A DNA stretch of 64,000 nucleotides, taken from contig CBDDTI010000747.1 of assembly GCA_965233585.1 (NCBI GenBank), forward strand, positions 480,001 to 544,000. Direction: 5' to 3'. Position numbers and translations under genes: made by a program. This document shows positions 8,743 through 19,700 of the stretch, in pieces. Origin of the DNA: a bacterium. Its GTDB lineage: Bacteria; SAR324; NAC60-12. Each line of letters starts with the position of its first letter. Positions within the stretch are counted from its first letter, which is position 1. Under the pieces are notes generated by a model. That model made no database searches and was not told where the DNA came from. It saw only the letters and a list, made by a program, of their open reading frames with translations.

Positions 8743-10107
8743 CTAATCCTCCTTGATTTGAGCGATGACTAAATCAGTCAAATCAGGTGCGATGGTCGGT
8801 TCTTGAAAATTCACACCCAGTTCATCAAGGATTGTCAACACTTTATCTGCAAGGTCTTCTGTGTTGCCTGCATAACGTACTTGTAGGGTTGTAATGGTCG
8901 GGACAGAGTTGTCCATTCTCACGTAGCGGAAGTCATCAGCCTCCGATGCCCTGACCTTGCTACGAACCTGCCTCGCTGTTCTTGAGTCAAAATCTTTCAA
9001 CACCAATTCATAAGCAATCAGTTTCTCTCCGCCAACTGAAATCGTGGACATCTCTTTGATGACCTGCGGGATAAACTCACGGCTCATGTCTTTGTAAGCA
9101 TCTTGTACAAGCCCAGTAATGACAGCAGATTGGATAGCACCTTCGCCCCCACGCCTTGCCACATTGACAACGCTGTTGGCAAACGCACCTCCACGACCTG
9201 TGGAAATATTTTTGGCTGTGACGTTCATAGAAAGGGCAAGGTCTCCTTTCACATTCCCACTCACTGAAAAAATGTTCACTTCAACAACCACCTTTGCCAG
9301 TTGTTGAATCAACGTCAAGCCTGTTGAGTAAAACTCTTCAGCATTTTTGATTTGTTGGTTCAAGACAGCACGGTCTGCTGAACTGCCAGAAACCACTGCC
9401 AGAAACTGCTCTTTTGAAATCTTGCCAAACTGCTCCTTCGCTTTTTCATCAGTTTGCATGGCAGTCACCGCATTGCGAAAATCCATCGCACGCAAGCCTC
9501 TTTGATTCAAATCCGTTTGGATTTGATTCATCATCGCCTCTTCTATGTCAGAAAAACGCATGCCCGAACTGGACAAATCCAAATCTTTCTTAGAGGTCAC
9601 CACAGTGATTAACGCATTGGCACTTTGGTCAATCAATCCCAAATCTTTTTGCAAAGCAACCAGTGTTTTTTGACGACTCACCTTGTGGGCAGAATCAATC
9701 CCATAGTATTTGTCCCCAAAGATTTTCCTTTCTGCATTCACCTCGCTTTGAACAATGTAGTTGTCAACATTCTGAATCATGTACTGTTCAATTTGTTCGT
9801 AGTTTTGGTTGTAAACTGGAGGAGGCAGAAGCTCTTGAGCCATTCTGTCAAGGGCTGTTTTTTTTGCAGACTCCAATGCCTGATTGCGCGCATTGCGTAA
9901 GTCATTGCGTTTGATGAATGCTTTGGATTTGACACGAAAAAGGCGAACATCAGGGCTGTCTTCCTTCAACGACACACGCCCCGTCACGTCTGCAAGTGTC
10001 AAAAACGTCTCTCTTGTCGGTTCGGGCTTTTCACCAAAACCCAATATGGAACAGCCCGCTAAAACAACCGATGCCATTCCAAATAATCCGTAACTCTTTA
10101 AACTCAT
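8743..10107 (-). CDS. Lipoprotein with FlgT-N/LPP20-like N-terminal domain
   Basis: AGGAG RBS; lipobox VLAG-C. AFI..NDL..AR.QAL..AK..AL resembles FlgT-N-type domains (family call by eye). Confidence 0.6.
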   Translation of the reverse strand: MSLKSYGLFGMASVVLAGCSILGFGEKPEPTRETFLTLADVTGRVSLKEDSPDVRLFRVKSKAFIKRNDLRNARNQALESAKKTALDRMAQELLPPPVYNQNYEQIEQYMIQNVDNYIVQSEVNAERKIFGDKYYGIDSAHKVSRQKTLVALQKDLGLIDQSANALITVVTSKKDLDLSSSGMRFSDIEEAMMNQIQTDLNQRGLRAMDFRNAVTAMQTDEKAKEQFGKISKEQFLAVVSGSSADRAVLNQQIKNAEEFYSTGLTLIQQLAKVVVEVNIFSVSGNVKGDLALSMNVTAKNISTGRGGAFANSVVNVARRGGEGAIQSAVITGLVQDAYKDMSREFIPQVIKEMSTISVGGEKLIAYELVLKDFDSRTARQVRSKVRASEADDFRYVRMDNSVPTITTLQVRYAGNTEDLADKVLTILDELGVNFQEPTIAPDLTDLVIAQIKED

Positions 10108-10297
10108 AAATAACAATCTCCTAAATAAGTTAAAATTAAAAACCCACTATTCTATGATGACCCAATTCAAAGTGCAACCCTTTTTATTTCATAAAACAAT
10201 TTTTTTAAGAAGATGCACCATCAGCTAAAATTGACTTTTTTTAAAAAATTCAATAGACTTTGCAGTTTTTTAAATTTTATGAAATGAGGAATGATGA

Positions 10298-10675
10298 ATA
10301 CGGACATTAAAAAGCAAATTGTTGGATTTACAAGAGGAAGTGAATAAACAAAACCCTCCGTACCAAATGGAGTTTTCACAACAAAAAGAAAGGTTAAATC
10401 CAAAATGAGTTTTAACAGAGGTAAAGGAGGCACAAGGAGGTACTAGGTTAAGAGTCAAAGCTAAAACAAGTGGTTTAGATATTTCTATCTGTGGAAAAGA
10501 TTTTGAAGACAATCCAGTTTACTGGTGTTTGCGAGACGAATTATTAGGTAGAGAATGTGATAGATATAAATAAACCAAACCAGAAAAATACGAACCAGCT
10601 TGGAAACTCAAAGATTCAGACTTTGAAATTGTCAGAAAGGCTGTCTTTTCTTATGCAGGTTTGGGTGAGAACTAA
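10298..10675 (+). pseudogene. Degraded ORF of unknown family with two in-frame stops
   Basis: One frame reads ~125 protein-like codons interrupted only by TGA 10406-10408 and TAA 10571-10573, ending at TAA 10673-10675. Confidence 0.5.
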
Positions 10676-10755
10676 ACAATTAGATTGACTAGCAAACAAG
10701 GTTTGCCCTTCGCTCGTGTCTTTTGATTGCTTGGCTTGTGTTTGGGAGTGTTTGG

Positions 10756-10923
10756 TCAGCCTGACTTGCTTTTGAGAAACTGACCAACAAGGGAGGAAAG
10801 AGAACCAATGCTTAAAATGCTAGCAATGATTTCCTTGTCAAAATACGCACAAATGAGTGAGACTTGATTGTTGAACAGCAACTTGCTTATCCGTCTTTTT
10901 TGCTTTTTCAGATTGTTGCTCAT
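10756..10923 (-). pseudogene. Possible internally deleted membrane-protein remnant (DUF2335-like C-terminus)
   Basis: 55-codon ORF ending LICAYFDKEIIASILSIGSLSSLVGQFLKSKSG; overlaps the upstream small gene. Confidence 0.3.
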
Positions 10924-11086
10924 AGTGATTGACAGAACGTCTCATGGAGTCCCCCGTTCTATACCAATGAGAATCAAAACGTTCTTTGGCGGAAGAGTAC
11001 TTGATATGGCGACTAAAGTCCACTGGGGCAAACGCAACAGATAAACTACAAAAGCCATTCAAAAAGTGTTGTTTTTTATCAGACAT
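10838..11086 (-). CDS. Small hypothetical protein
   Basis: 82 aa. FL.GF.SLS....P and W...GD.MRRS...Y resemble small genes I recall upstream of DUF2335 genes in mobile DNA. Confidence 0.5.
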   Translation of the reverse strand: MSDKKQHFLNGFCSLSVAFAPVDFSRHIKYSSAKERFDSHWYRTGDSMRRSVNHYEQQSEKAKKTDKQVAVQQSSLTHLCVF

Positions 11087-11260
11087 TTTTTATTTAAACA
11101 AGCTGATTTGAAGAAAGAGAATACCGATTGCACTCAATTATCCCAATCATTAGCATTATGCAAAAGCCAAACCTGATAGTCAATCAAAGAATTTAAACAA
11201 TCTTTTCCAAGTGATGAAAGACGAACTATCTGATGTAGTGCCTTCAGTGTTAGTGATTTC

Positions 11261-11333
11261 GGACTGCCTCCGACGCAGGAATGACAGGAAAGATGAAAAC
11301 CTTGAGTCAAGGTAGCACTTGATTCGGAATCTC
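11261..11333. repeat. Degenerate REP-like arms
   Basis: GGACTGCCTCCGACGCAGGAATGAC and CACTTGATTCGGAATCTC retain the AATGAC end and the CTTGA...GAATCTC part of the family. Confidence 0.5.
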
Positions 11334-11405
11334 AGCAGTGAAAAAGAAACCACTAAAAAAGGGCTAGAGAGCCTTTGAATTGGGTATCTCTGCCAGAATC
11401 TTCAT

Positions 11406-12842
11406 TTATTTCATGGCTTCTTTCAGTTTGGCAAATTCTTTGAGGATTTGTGGATTGATGGTGATGTCTTCAGCCACTTGGATTTGTTGTAGTAAGACTT
11501 CACGGCTGAATTGTTTGTCTGCACGCCTTAACTGTTCTGTGGTATGTTGCAAAATCATTTTTGGCAAGATTTGATAAAGCTGGTCTCGCTGTTCTAATGC
11601 CTGCACGACTTCTGCATCGCCGCTGGCTTCAATCGCCGCTTGTTTCAGATGCCCCAAAGCAACGATGTATCGCTCAATTTTAAATCCAATCACGGGGGAA
11701 CGTTGCGCTGTTCTAATCTCTTCTACTGCTTTGAGGTACGAGTCTTCAAACAACGTTTGTGTTTTTACTGGCAGTTGTAAAGGGGCTTCTTGAGTGGCTT
11801 CTGGTTTGCGAACTACACTTTGGTCAGTCACAGAAAAGAAGTTAACCAAGACCAGCTTATCTTGCAACTCAATGTAAGGTCTTAATTCAAAAATTTCTGG
11901 ATTCAATTCTGCACGCAAAAAGATGCGGTTTTGATGAGCGGTGTCAGCCACCAGCTGGACGTTTCTCAAATACTCAAGGGAGCGGATTTGCTCAGGTTCA
12001 TGTGTGATTTGTGAGTTTGGAATCATCACTTGCACAAAGAATCTGGTTTGACGTTCGCCAGTCTGGGGCGACCTTTCTGTCTCTTCTACTACTTGAAAAG
12101 GAATGTGTTCAGGCATCAAAGAAACAGGTTGCTCAAATTCTATTCCAATCGCAAAACGCCAGATGTTTCTTAAATCATCTTCTAAGGTTTTGGGAAAGAC
12201 GCTTAAGCCCACAGCTTGAAAAGGACGTTCCAAAATGAAGTCAGCGCTTGTTGTGGCATCTAATAACCAGCCATTTGCAAGAAGCTGATAAGCATCAAGA
12301 TAGGTTAGCACTTCTCTGATTCCATTTTTAAAGTCTAGGGTGTAGCGATACCGATTGCCGTGTTCGTCAGTTTGGTATAACCCTTCTACATTTGGTTGAA
12401 TGAGACCAAACTTTCTGATAGCAAATTTAAGCGACTGTCCTGTCAACAAATCGTGGTCAGAGTAATTTTTTTGGAAGGCATAAGCTGCTAAGGCTCGTTT
12501 GTAAAATTGCCTTTTGTCAAGGACTTGGAAGTCTGCACTTTCAGGGTCTGGAAACACCAAAACACGATTTTTAGAGAGCAACAAGGTGTCGTTCAGACTC
12601 CATTCGTAAATGCGGTTGATCTTCCATTCATGGCTTGAACCATCATCAAGAATCACCTGCAAATAATATTGATGAGATTGTTTATTCTTGACAAAAGTTG
12701 AGGCAATGCGTTTTTGTTGAAACAACCCTTTGTCCAATACCTTTGCCAAATACAAGGCATTTTCGCGGCTGGTATATTCTGGCATCGCCAATGCCATGTT
12801 TGCCAAACACAAAAGACCCAAATGAATGAATAGCTTTTTCAT
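11406..12842 (-). CDS. Exported hypothetical protein
   Basis: 478-aa ORF with Sec signal MKKLFIHLGLLCLANMALA; 5 nt downstream of the LytR_C gene. Confidence 0.8.
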   Translation of the reverse strand: MKKLFIHLGLLCLANMALAMPEYTSRENALYLAKVLDKGLFQQKRIASTFVKNKQSHQYYLQVILDDGSSHEWKINRIYEWSLNDTLLLSKNRVLVFPDPESADFQVLDKRQFYKRALAAYAFQKNYSDHDLLTGQSLKFAIRKFGLIQPNVEGLYQTDEHGNRYRYTLDFKNGIREVLTYLDAYQLLANGWLLDATTSADFILERPFQAVGLSVFPKTLEDDLRNIWRFAIGIEFEQPVSLMPEHIPFQVVEETERSPQTGERQTRFFVQVMIPNSQITHEPEQIRSLEYLRNVQLVADTAHQNRIFLRAELNPEIFELRPYIELQDKLVLVNFFSVTDQSVVRKPEATQEAPLQLPVKTQTLFEDSYLKAVEEIRTAQRSPVIGFKIERYIVALGHLKQAAIEASGDAEVVQALEQRDQLYQILPKMILQHTTEQLRRADKQFSREVLLQQIQVAEDITINPQILKEFAKLKEAMK

Positions 12843-12847
12843 AATCC

Positions 12848-13849
12848 TTACTTAAAATTCTCTCCAACATAAATATCTACATCAATGCCAATGCGTCCCA
12901 TGTCTTCTAGGGACATACGTTCTACAATTTGCTCACCGGGAATCATCTGTGCCAAAGCCAATGCTGCTGACATGTAATTGGGACGAAAGTAAATTTTGGT
13001 CTTTTCTAAAGAGACTTTTTTACGTGCTGAAGAGATGTTGACAATTTTGAGCTTCATCTTGACCTGCTCTTGAAAAGAGGTGTGATGATAGCGGTCTAGC
13101 AGCACGGCAAGACGATGTGCGCCATCAGGAAGAGGGGAGGCATTGAGAATGGAAACCCTGGCAGTGGTGGGTCTTTGAAAAAGCATCATAGCAGAGACAG
13201 GATGCAACAAGATTTTTTGAGAATTACGGAACACTTGCACTTCAGGGGGTGTCAGTTCTTCTCCTTGTCCTTCTGTCTCCACATTTGCCAGTTCTTGACT
13301 TTCTTCTTCAATGGGCTGTGCTTCATCACGTATCAGAAAAAACAAGGCTGAGACAGAATTGCGGTCTGGTTCTGATAAGACCACCGCTTTTTTTCGCATT
13401 TCAAATATTAACGAAGTTTGAGAGACAATCTGACCTGACGCATCTTGCCGAATTTGTTCATCAAGAACTACTGTTTTGAGAAAGTTTGAATTGGGGAAGG
13501 TCAGGCGTCTGGGAATGGCATCAGTGTCCACAAACGCATCAGGAACAATGATTGTAAATTGCAAGGGATTGGAGGCATCAGCGATGACTTCGGGGTCATT
13601 GAGCAATTCCAATGCAAAAATACCTTCTATTGACAGCATTTCATAAGTTGCAGGAATTTCTTTTAATTCATTACCAACCACCTGCGTTTGCAGCTGGTCT
13701 CTGGACACTTCAATTTTTTGAGTCTCAACCCCACGAATGATATGTCCCCCCTCAAGACCTGCTGCGTTTAACCATAGCCAATATGTCAACTGAACAAAGA
13801 CAGTTGCCAAGAACTTTTTGCGACTTAATAACTTCATCATTTTCATCAT
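12848..13849 (-). CDS. LytR C-terminal domain-containing exported protein
   Basis: C-terminal RVSILNAS...GA..LA..L, KTKIYF....AALALA and DVDIYVG.NF fit LytR_C. Confidence 0.7.
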   Translation of the reverse strand: MMKMMKLLSRKKFLATVFVQLTYWLWLNAAGLEGGHIIRGVETQKIEVSRDQLQTQVVGNELKEIPATYEMLSIEGIFALELLNDPEVIADASNPLQFTIIVPDAFVDTDAIPRRLTFPNSNFLKTVVLDEQIRQDASGQIVSQTSLIFEMRKKAVVLSEPDRNSVSALFFLIRDEAQPIEEESQELANVETEGQGEELTPPEVQVFRNSQKILLHPVSAMMLFQRPTTARVSILNASPLPDGAHRLAVLLDRYHHTSFQEQVKMKLKIVNISSARKKVSLEKTKIYFRPNYMSAALALAQMIPGEQIVERMSLEDMGRIGIDVDIYVGENFK

Positions 13850-13944
13850 TTCAAGTTGTTCAGCACTTCGTTACTTCACAGCAAGAAGCGTGCCTTCTTA
13901 ACAAGAAAAAATGAAGGAGCTGGCAAACAGGAGGTGATAAAGTT

Positions 13945-15342
13945 TTACAGATGTAGCTGTTGCTGATTCCATGCACCCAATGCGGCTTCTTTAACAGCTT
14001 CTGTAAATGTGGGGTGAGGGTGGCAGATTCTGGCAATGTCTTCAGCACTGGCTTTATATTCCATAGCGACAACTGCTTCTGCAATGATGTCAGCCACTCT
14101 TGCACCGACCATGTGGACTCCTAGCACTTCATCGGTGTTTTGGTCTGCTAAGACTTTGACAAATCCAGCAGACTCTTCAGCTGCCCTTGCACGACCAAGT
14201 GCTTTAAATGGAAAGCTCCCTTTTTTGTAAGGTTGCCCTTTGTCCTGCAACTCTTGTTCAGTGTAGCCGATGCCTGCGGCTTCAGGGTGAGTATAGACGA
14301 CGCCGGGGATTGTGAAGTAATTGAGATGAGGCTTCTGTCCGTCAAGATGTTCAGCCACAAAAACGCCTTCTTCTTCCCCTTTATGAGCCAGCATGGCACC
14401 CCCAATCACATCACCAATCGCATAGACACCCTCGCAACTGGTTTGCAGTTTATCATTAACTGAAATAAAGCCTCTTTTGTCTGTCTGAACTCCAATGCTT
14501 TCCAGCCCTAGACCTTCTGTGTAAGGCTTTCTTCCAACAGCAATCAAGCAATAATCTGCTTCAAACTGGTGTTCTTTGTCCTTGTGGTCTATTGCAGAGA
14601 TGCTGACAGAGTCACCTTGATTTTCTATTTTTTGAACAGAATGTTTTAGAAAAAAAGCAAGTCCTTGTTTCTTGAAAGTTCGCATCATCTCTTTGCTGAT
14701 GTCTTGGTCCATGGTTGGCAAAATTCTGTCAGCATACTCAAGCACCTGTACATTTGAGCCTAAACGAGAATACACCTGCCCTAACTCCAAGCCAATGACA
14801 CCGCCCCCAATGACTGCCATCGTTTGAGGCACTTCAGGCAAGCTCAATGCTTCGGTGGAGGTGATGATTCGTTTTTTGTCAATTTGAGCAAAAGGCAGAG
14901 TGGCAGGCTTTGAACCTGTTGCAATGATGGCAAAGCGTGTCGTGAGTTGCTTCGTTTCTCCTTCTGACTGAACTTGGATTTGCGTTGGAGACAAAAAACA
15001 ACCCTGTCCGTGATGCACCTCAATTTTGTTTTTCTTCATCAAATATTGTATGCCATCACAAGTTTGGGCAATCACATCAGATTTACGTTTCAGCATCTTT
15101 GACCAGTCAAACTCAAGGTTTGAGGTGTTGATTCCATGTATGGCAAAGTCATGTTGTGCCGAATGATATTTTTCTGATGAATCCAACAAGGCTTTAGATG
15201 GAATACACCCAACATTTAAGCAGGTACCTCCCAATGTAGGATATTTTTCAACAAGGGCAGTTTTCATTCCCAGCTGAGCGCAGCGGATTGCTGCCACGTA
15301 GCCACCCGGTCCAGAGCCAATAATCACAACGTCGTAGTTCAT
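13945..15342 (-). CDS. lpdA: Dihydrolipoyl dehydrogenase
   Basis: GSGPGGYVAA, GGTCLNVGCIPSK, GGGVIGLE, HPHPTFTE. Confidence 0.97.
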   Translation of the reverse strand: MNYDVVIIGSGPGGYVAAIRCAQLGMKTALVEKYPTLGGTCLNVGCIPSKALLDSSEKYHSAQHDFAIHGINTSNLEFDWSKMLKRKSDVIAQTCDGIQYLMKKNKIEVHHGQGCFLSPTQIQVQSEGETKQLTTRFAIIATGSKPATLPFAQIDKKRIITSTEALSLPEVPQTMAVIGGGVIGLELGQVYSRLGSNVQVLEYADRILPTMDQDISKEMMRTFKKQGLAFFLKHSVQKIENQGDSVSISAIDHKDKEHQFEADYCLIAVGRKPYTEGLGLESIGVQTDKRGFISVNDKLQTSCEGVYAIGDVIGGAMLAHKGEEEGVFVAEHLDGQKPHLNYFTIPGVVYTHPEAAGIGYTEQELQDKGQPYKKGSFPFKALGRARAAEESAGFVKVLADQNTDEVLGVHMVGARVADIIAEAVVAMEYKASAEDIARICHPHPTFTEAVKEAALGAWNQQQLHL

Positions 15343-15365
15343 AGTTACTCCTATTTTTTAAAAAG

Positions 15366-15845
15366 TTAGTCAAAGGTCAAATTAATGTCATGCTGATATT
15401 TAATAAATGACGTTTGTTGAGAGATTTTATCGTATAGCATTCTTGCTGTCATATTAAAATCTTGTGTAAGCCAATACACTTGGCAAACATTGTTTTGTTT
15501 GGACTGCTGATAAACGGCTTCTATTAACTGCCTTGCTATTCCTTGATTTCTGAATTGTTGATGCACAAATAAATCTTGTAAGTAGCAAACTTGGTTCATT
15601 TTCCAGCCGTGTCTATGATATAAGAAATGAACCAGTCCCAACATTTGTTTTTTTTGATGAAAGGCAGCGAATGCTTGAAATTCTTGAGGTGCTTTTGACA
15701 TCAATCTTTCCCACGCAAGCAGAATCATTTCATCTTCCAGTTTTGTCTTGTAAAAGTCTAAATATGAAGTCCAGCAATGTCTCCATTCTTCAAAATCAGT
15801 GTGTGTTAACTCCCTGATTTGTATTGTCAAGCCTATTTCAGACAT
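15366..15845 (-). CDS. GNAT family N-acetyltransferase
   Basis: CYLQDLFV..QFRNQGIARQLI, VYWLT..FN.TAR.LYDK. Confidence 0.92.
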   Translation of the reverse strand: MSEIGLTIQIRELTHTDFEEWRHCWTSYLDFYKTKLEDEMILLAWERLMSKAPQEFQAFAAFHQKKQMLGLVHFLYHRHGWKMNQVCYLQDLFVHQQFRNQGIARQLIEAVYQQSKQNNVCQVYWLTQDFNMTARMLYDKISQQTSFIKYQHDINLTFD

Positions 15846-15872
15846 GAGTTTGTCCTTTTGAATGTCATTCAG

Positions 15873-16781
15873 TCAATGGATTTTGGATTGTGAATAGTGG
15901 CTTAAAATGATGCCTAATGCGATGAAACTGCTTCCTATCCAATGATAAATCTGGAAAGATTCGCCTAAAAAAATCATCGCGAGCAAGACTCCAAACACAG
16001 GCATCAAATGAATAAATTGTCCTGCCATTTGGGGTCCAATCAATCTGACTCCCTCATTCCAACAAAGATAGCCAAGCGTTGCTGGAAAGATAGCAACATA
16101 CAAGATGACACTCGCTTTGGTTAAATCCCAGTTGACTTCTGGTTCTTGAAACAGATTTGTCCAATAGAGCATACCTACAAAAATAACTCCTATTGAGATG
16201 ATGGTCCCTAAAAATGCTGTTGGGTTTAAACTTTGGGGCTTCCAACGTGGTAAAAGCAGAGAATATACAGACCAGAAAAGTGTTGCCAACCCTATCCACA
16301 AATCGCCAGTATGCTGTGCTAAGTTTTGCAAGTGTGCTAAATCTCCCTGACTGATGATGAATGATGCCCCTATGAAAGAAACAATGATGCCAATCACCTC
16401 ATACTTTCCCAATGCAGAGCGAAAAAATACCCGAGAGATGAGTAAAATCATCAATGGTGAAGAAGAAGTAATCAAAACAGAGTTCATGGCTGTTGTCGTC
16501 TGGAGACCAGTGTAAACAGTGAGGTTGTAACATCCGATACTTAATAAACTTAAAATTGCCAACTTCCAAAAATTTTTTGCAATGAGTTCTTTTTGTGTCC
16601 AAATGTGCCTCCAGCAAAAAGGCATTAAACAAATCCAAGCCAGCATCCATCTCCAGTATGATAAAGCGACTGGGGGCAGGTCAGCAGAAAAGGCACGTGC
16701 AAGAACAACATTTCCAGACCAAAACAAAGCTGCCACTACCAAATATCCATAAGCTCGCAAATCCGTTCTTTTCACTTTCAA
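15873..16781 (-). CDS. DMT/EamA family transporter
   Basis: About ten TM segments; FWSGN...AR, PP..L...RW, L.PVFG..LA...LGE. Confidence 0.93.
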   Translation of the reverse strand: MKVKRTDLRAYGYLVVAALFWSGNVVLARAFSADLPPVALSYWRWMLAWICLMPFCWRHIWTQKELIAKNFWKLAILSLLSIGCYNLTVYTGLQTTTAMNSVLITSSSPLMILLISRVFFRSALGKYEVIGIIVSFIGASFIISQGDLAHLQNLAQHTGDLWIGLATLFWSVYSLLLPRWKPQSLNPTAFLGTIISIGVIFVGMLYWTNLFQEPEVNWDLTKASVILYVAIFPATLGYLCWNEGVRLIGPQMAGQFIHLMPVFGVLLAMIFLGESFQIYHWIGSSFIALGIILSHYSQSKIH

Positions 16782-16794
16782 TCAAATCCAATGT

Positions 16795-19700
16795 CTAATG
16801 AAACTCAATGTTTTGAATCTGTTGCATGGTCTTGTCAGTTTCTACCAAAGCAACAATGATTTTTTGATAATGCTGAATGTCATCAAAGGTCAATTTTCTG
16901 CCTTTGCGGTCTTTCAGCCATTTTTGAGCAGGTTGATAACCCCCGATGTAAAAGTTCCAAGCCGCTTCTGGAACACTTCCAAAATATTGCTTGTTGTTAA
17001 TCCAAACTTTGCCTTGTTCATAGCTCACTTTTTCTATCAAATGCTCGCCATCTTCGGGGTAAGTTGTGATAAAGTGATTTAACTTTTGATGTTCCATCAA
17101 ATGCAATAGTCTTAATTCTTTTCCCAATTTTGCTAACTCCCAAAAGGTTTTTTGTTTCTTGGGATAGGGAATGTGTGGAAAATCTATTTTTAAAAACTCT
17201 TGATAACGTTCTCTGTATTTAGACGAGTGTAAAACTGCATAGATGTAATCTAATAAATCTATGGGAGCAAAATACTTTGCAGATTCTTCTTTTTCTACTG
17301 TAAACTTTAAACCTAAATTTTTTTCTATTTTTTGAATGATTTCTTCATTGAAGTTTGGCTTTCTGCTTGCTTTTTCTGTGTTGTTTTGTGATTGATTTTC
17401 TGGGTAAGTATAGAGGGGGAAAACATAATTTATGTCCAGAGATGAAATAGTCGTCGCACCACAACTTAAAGAGTTAGTTATAAAAATCTCCCTCCAAATA
17501 TTATTATTTCTTGAACGTCTTATACTAATCAATCCTAAATTTTCAGATTTTAAGAAGTTTTGCATGACTTTTCTTCTAGGTTTACAGTGGAATCCTTTAA
17601 CTTTTCCAGTGTAAAAAGTCCACCTCTTATCAAAAGGACGATAAATGATTTCTACAATTTTTTGTCTATTTGGATAATTCTTCTCTAAATCTTCTCTAGC
17701 ATATTTGACTGTCCAATCTCTAACATCTTTCCTTAAATTAAATTGCTTCCTAGCTTCTTCATTTTCTAAACTCAAAAACTTGTTTATAATTTTTTCTAAT
17801 TCTTTTTGGGTATGATGAATAGTCAAGTGATCTCTTGCTGTCACAATTCCAACACTATTTAAAATGAACAAATCTTTCAAAGAAAAACCTTGTTCATAGT
17901 CTTTTTGTAATTCAAGATTTTTAGGAACAAAGAAATAGTTAGGGGACTGATATTTGACGTTACTCCATTCAATAGAATCTAAAGTATTGTCTTGCAAAAA
18001 ATTTAACTTATCTGTACGTTTTCCATATAAATCGTAATGAAAAACTTGTGCAAGGTCATCTGTTTGTTTGTTTTCATTTTTGACAAAAAGATTGATAGAC
18101 ACCCCTTGCATGATTTTAAAGACATTTTCATCTTTTGAGCCATCAGGAGAGATTTCTTTTTTACGGCTGTTTCCATGTAAATCAAGAATATAAATTTTGT
18201 CAAAAGTTTTAAGTAAATTCCAACGCATTCCCCTGAAGGTTGGGTTATCTATAAAACTATGATTGTTAATAAAAGCTAAGATGCCACTACCATTTTTTTG
18301 GACATAAAACTGACCGCATCGGATAAACTTCACATAATCGTCATTGAGCCATTTTGAGTTTTTTTCTTGAATTTTCTTGTCTTCAGTTTGTCCTGCTTTT
18401 GTTGGTTCTTTTTTATAAACGTTGATTAAATTCATGATCCAATCACTTTGATTCTGGCTTTCCCCGTGATAAGGAGGATTGCCCAGCACGACCATCACAG
18501 GAATATCACGTTTAATGGAGTCTGCCCCTTTAGACTCTTGGATAAGCCAATGGTCAGTCAACAAAGGCATATCCTGTGAGTGATATTCTGACAAAGCGTT
18601 GGTCAGAAAAATCTTAAAACGGTCTTTGTCAGAGTAACCTGTCTGTTTCAGCATCATTGCTAATTTGAGATGACAGAGGGCATAAGGAGCCATCATAATT
18701 TCAAAGCCATTCAAACGAGGAATTAGATGCTCTTTGACGTAACTTGACCAAAGTCCTTGCTGGTTTTGGAAGGACTGCTGAATGTGTTCAATCACTTCTG
18801 CTAAAAATGCACCTGTGCCAGTAGCAGGGTCTAAGATTTGTAAGCGATGCAATGATTCAGCTTTGCCATTAGTTTTCTTTCCTACTTTCTCACAATCTGC
18901 TAACCCTGCTTGAATTTGAAACTCTTTTTTTAATAAGTCATCAACAGCTTTGACAATGAAATGCACCACAGGCTTTGGCGTGTAATAGACTCCTTTTTCT
19001 TTTCTTTTTTCAGAATCATAAGCGGCAAGAAAATGCTCATAGAAGTCAAGAAAGGGGTCGCTTTTAAATTGATGATGTGTTGTTGCTTGAAAGATGTTTG
19101 CTAAATCTGAATCTTGTAGAACTTGAGCTAAGTCATCAATGACCCAATGCAAACGTTCATCTAAATTAACCCCAGCAATGTTGTCAAAAAGATGCCTTAA
19201 AAAGAAGCTAGATTGAGGCACTAAATCTCTTGCAGTTTGTCTTGTAAAATTCTGACTGCCTTGACAGTTCAGTGAAGCAGAAAACAAGCCATACACTAAC
19301 GTCTGAACATAAACATCTGCAAACGTTTCTTTGTCTAAATCTTGAATCAAGTATTTTTGAAACCCTTGAAATTGTTGTTGTAATGAGTTGTTTTCATTTT
19401 CTTGTAAAAGCACTTGATAGAAGACTTCTTTCATCAGCAATGCTTTGTTTGCCATTACAGAGGATAACTCTTCAGAATTTTTGATTCCTTTTGCTTGAAA
19501 ATGACAAAAATTTTCAAAATATTTTTTGAAGATTCCCCAATTTTCTTGAATGATTTGAAGTTGATTTTGATCCCACTTGGCTAAACAAACCTCTTTAATT
19601 TTTTGAGAATTTTGATAAAAACGAAATTCCAAGTAATTTGTTAAAATTAAATTATCTAAACTTTGAAGATAACGTTGGATTTGCTCACTTTTTTCAGTTG

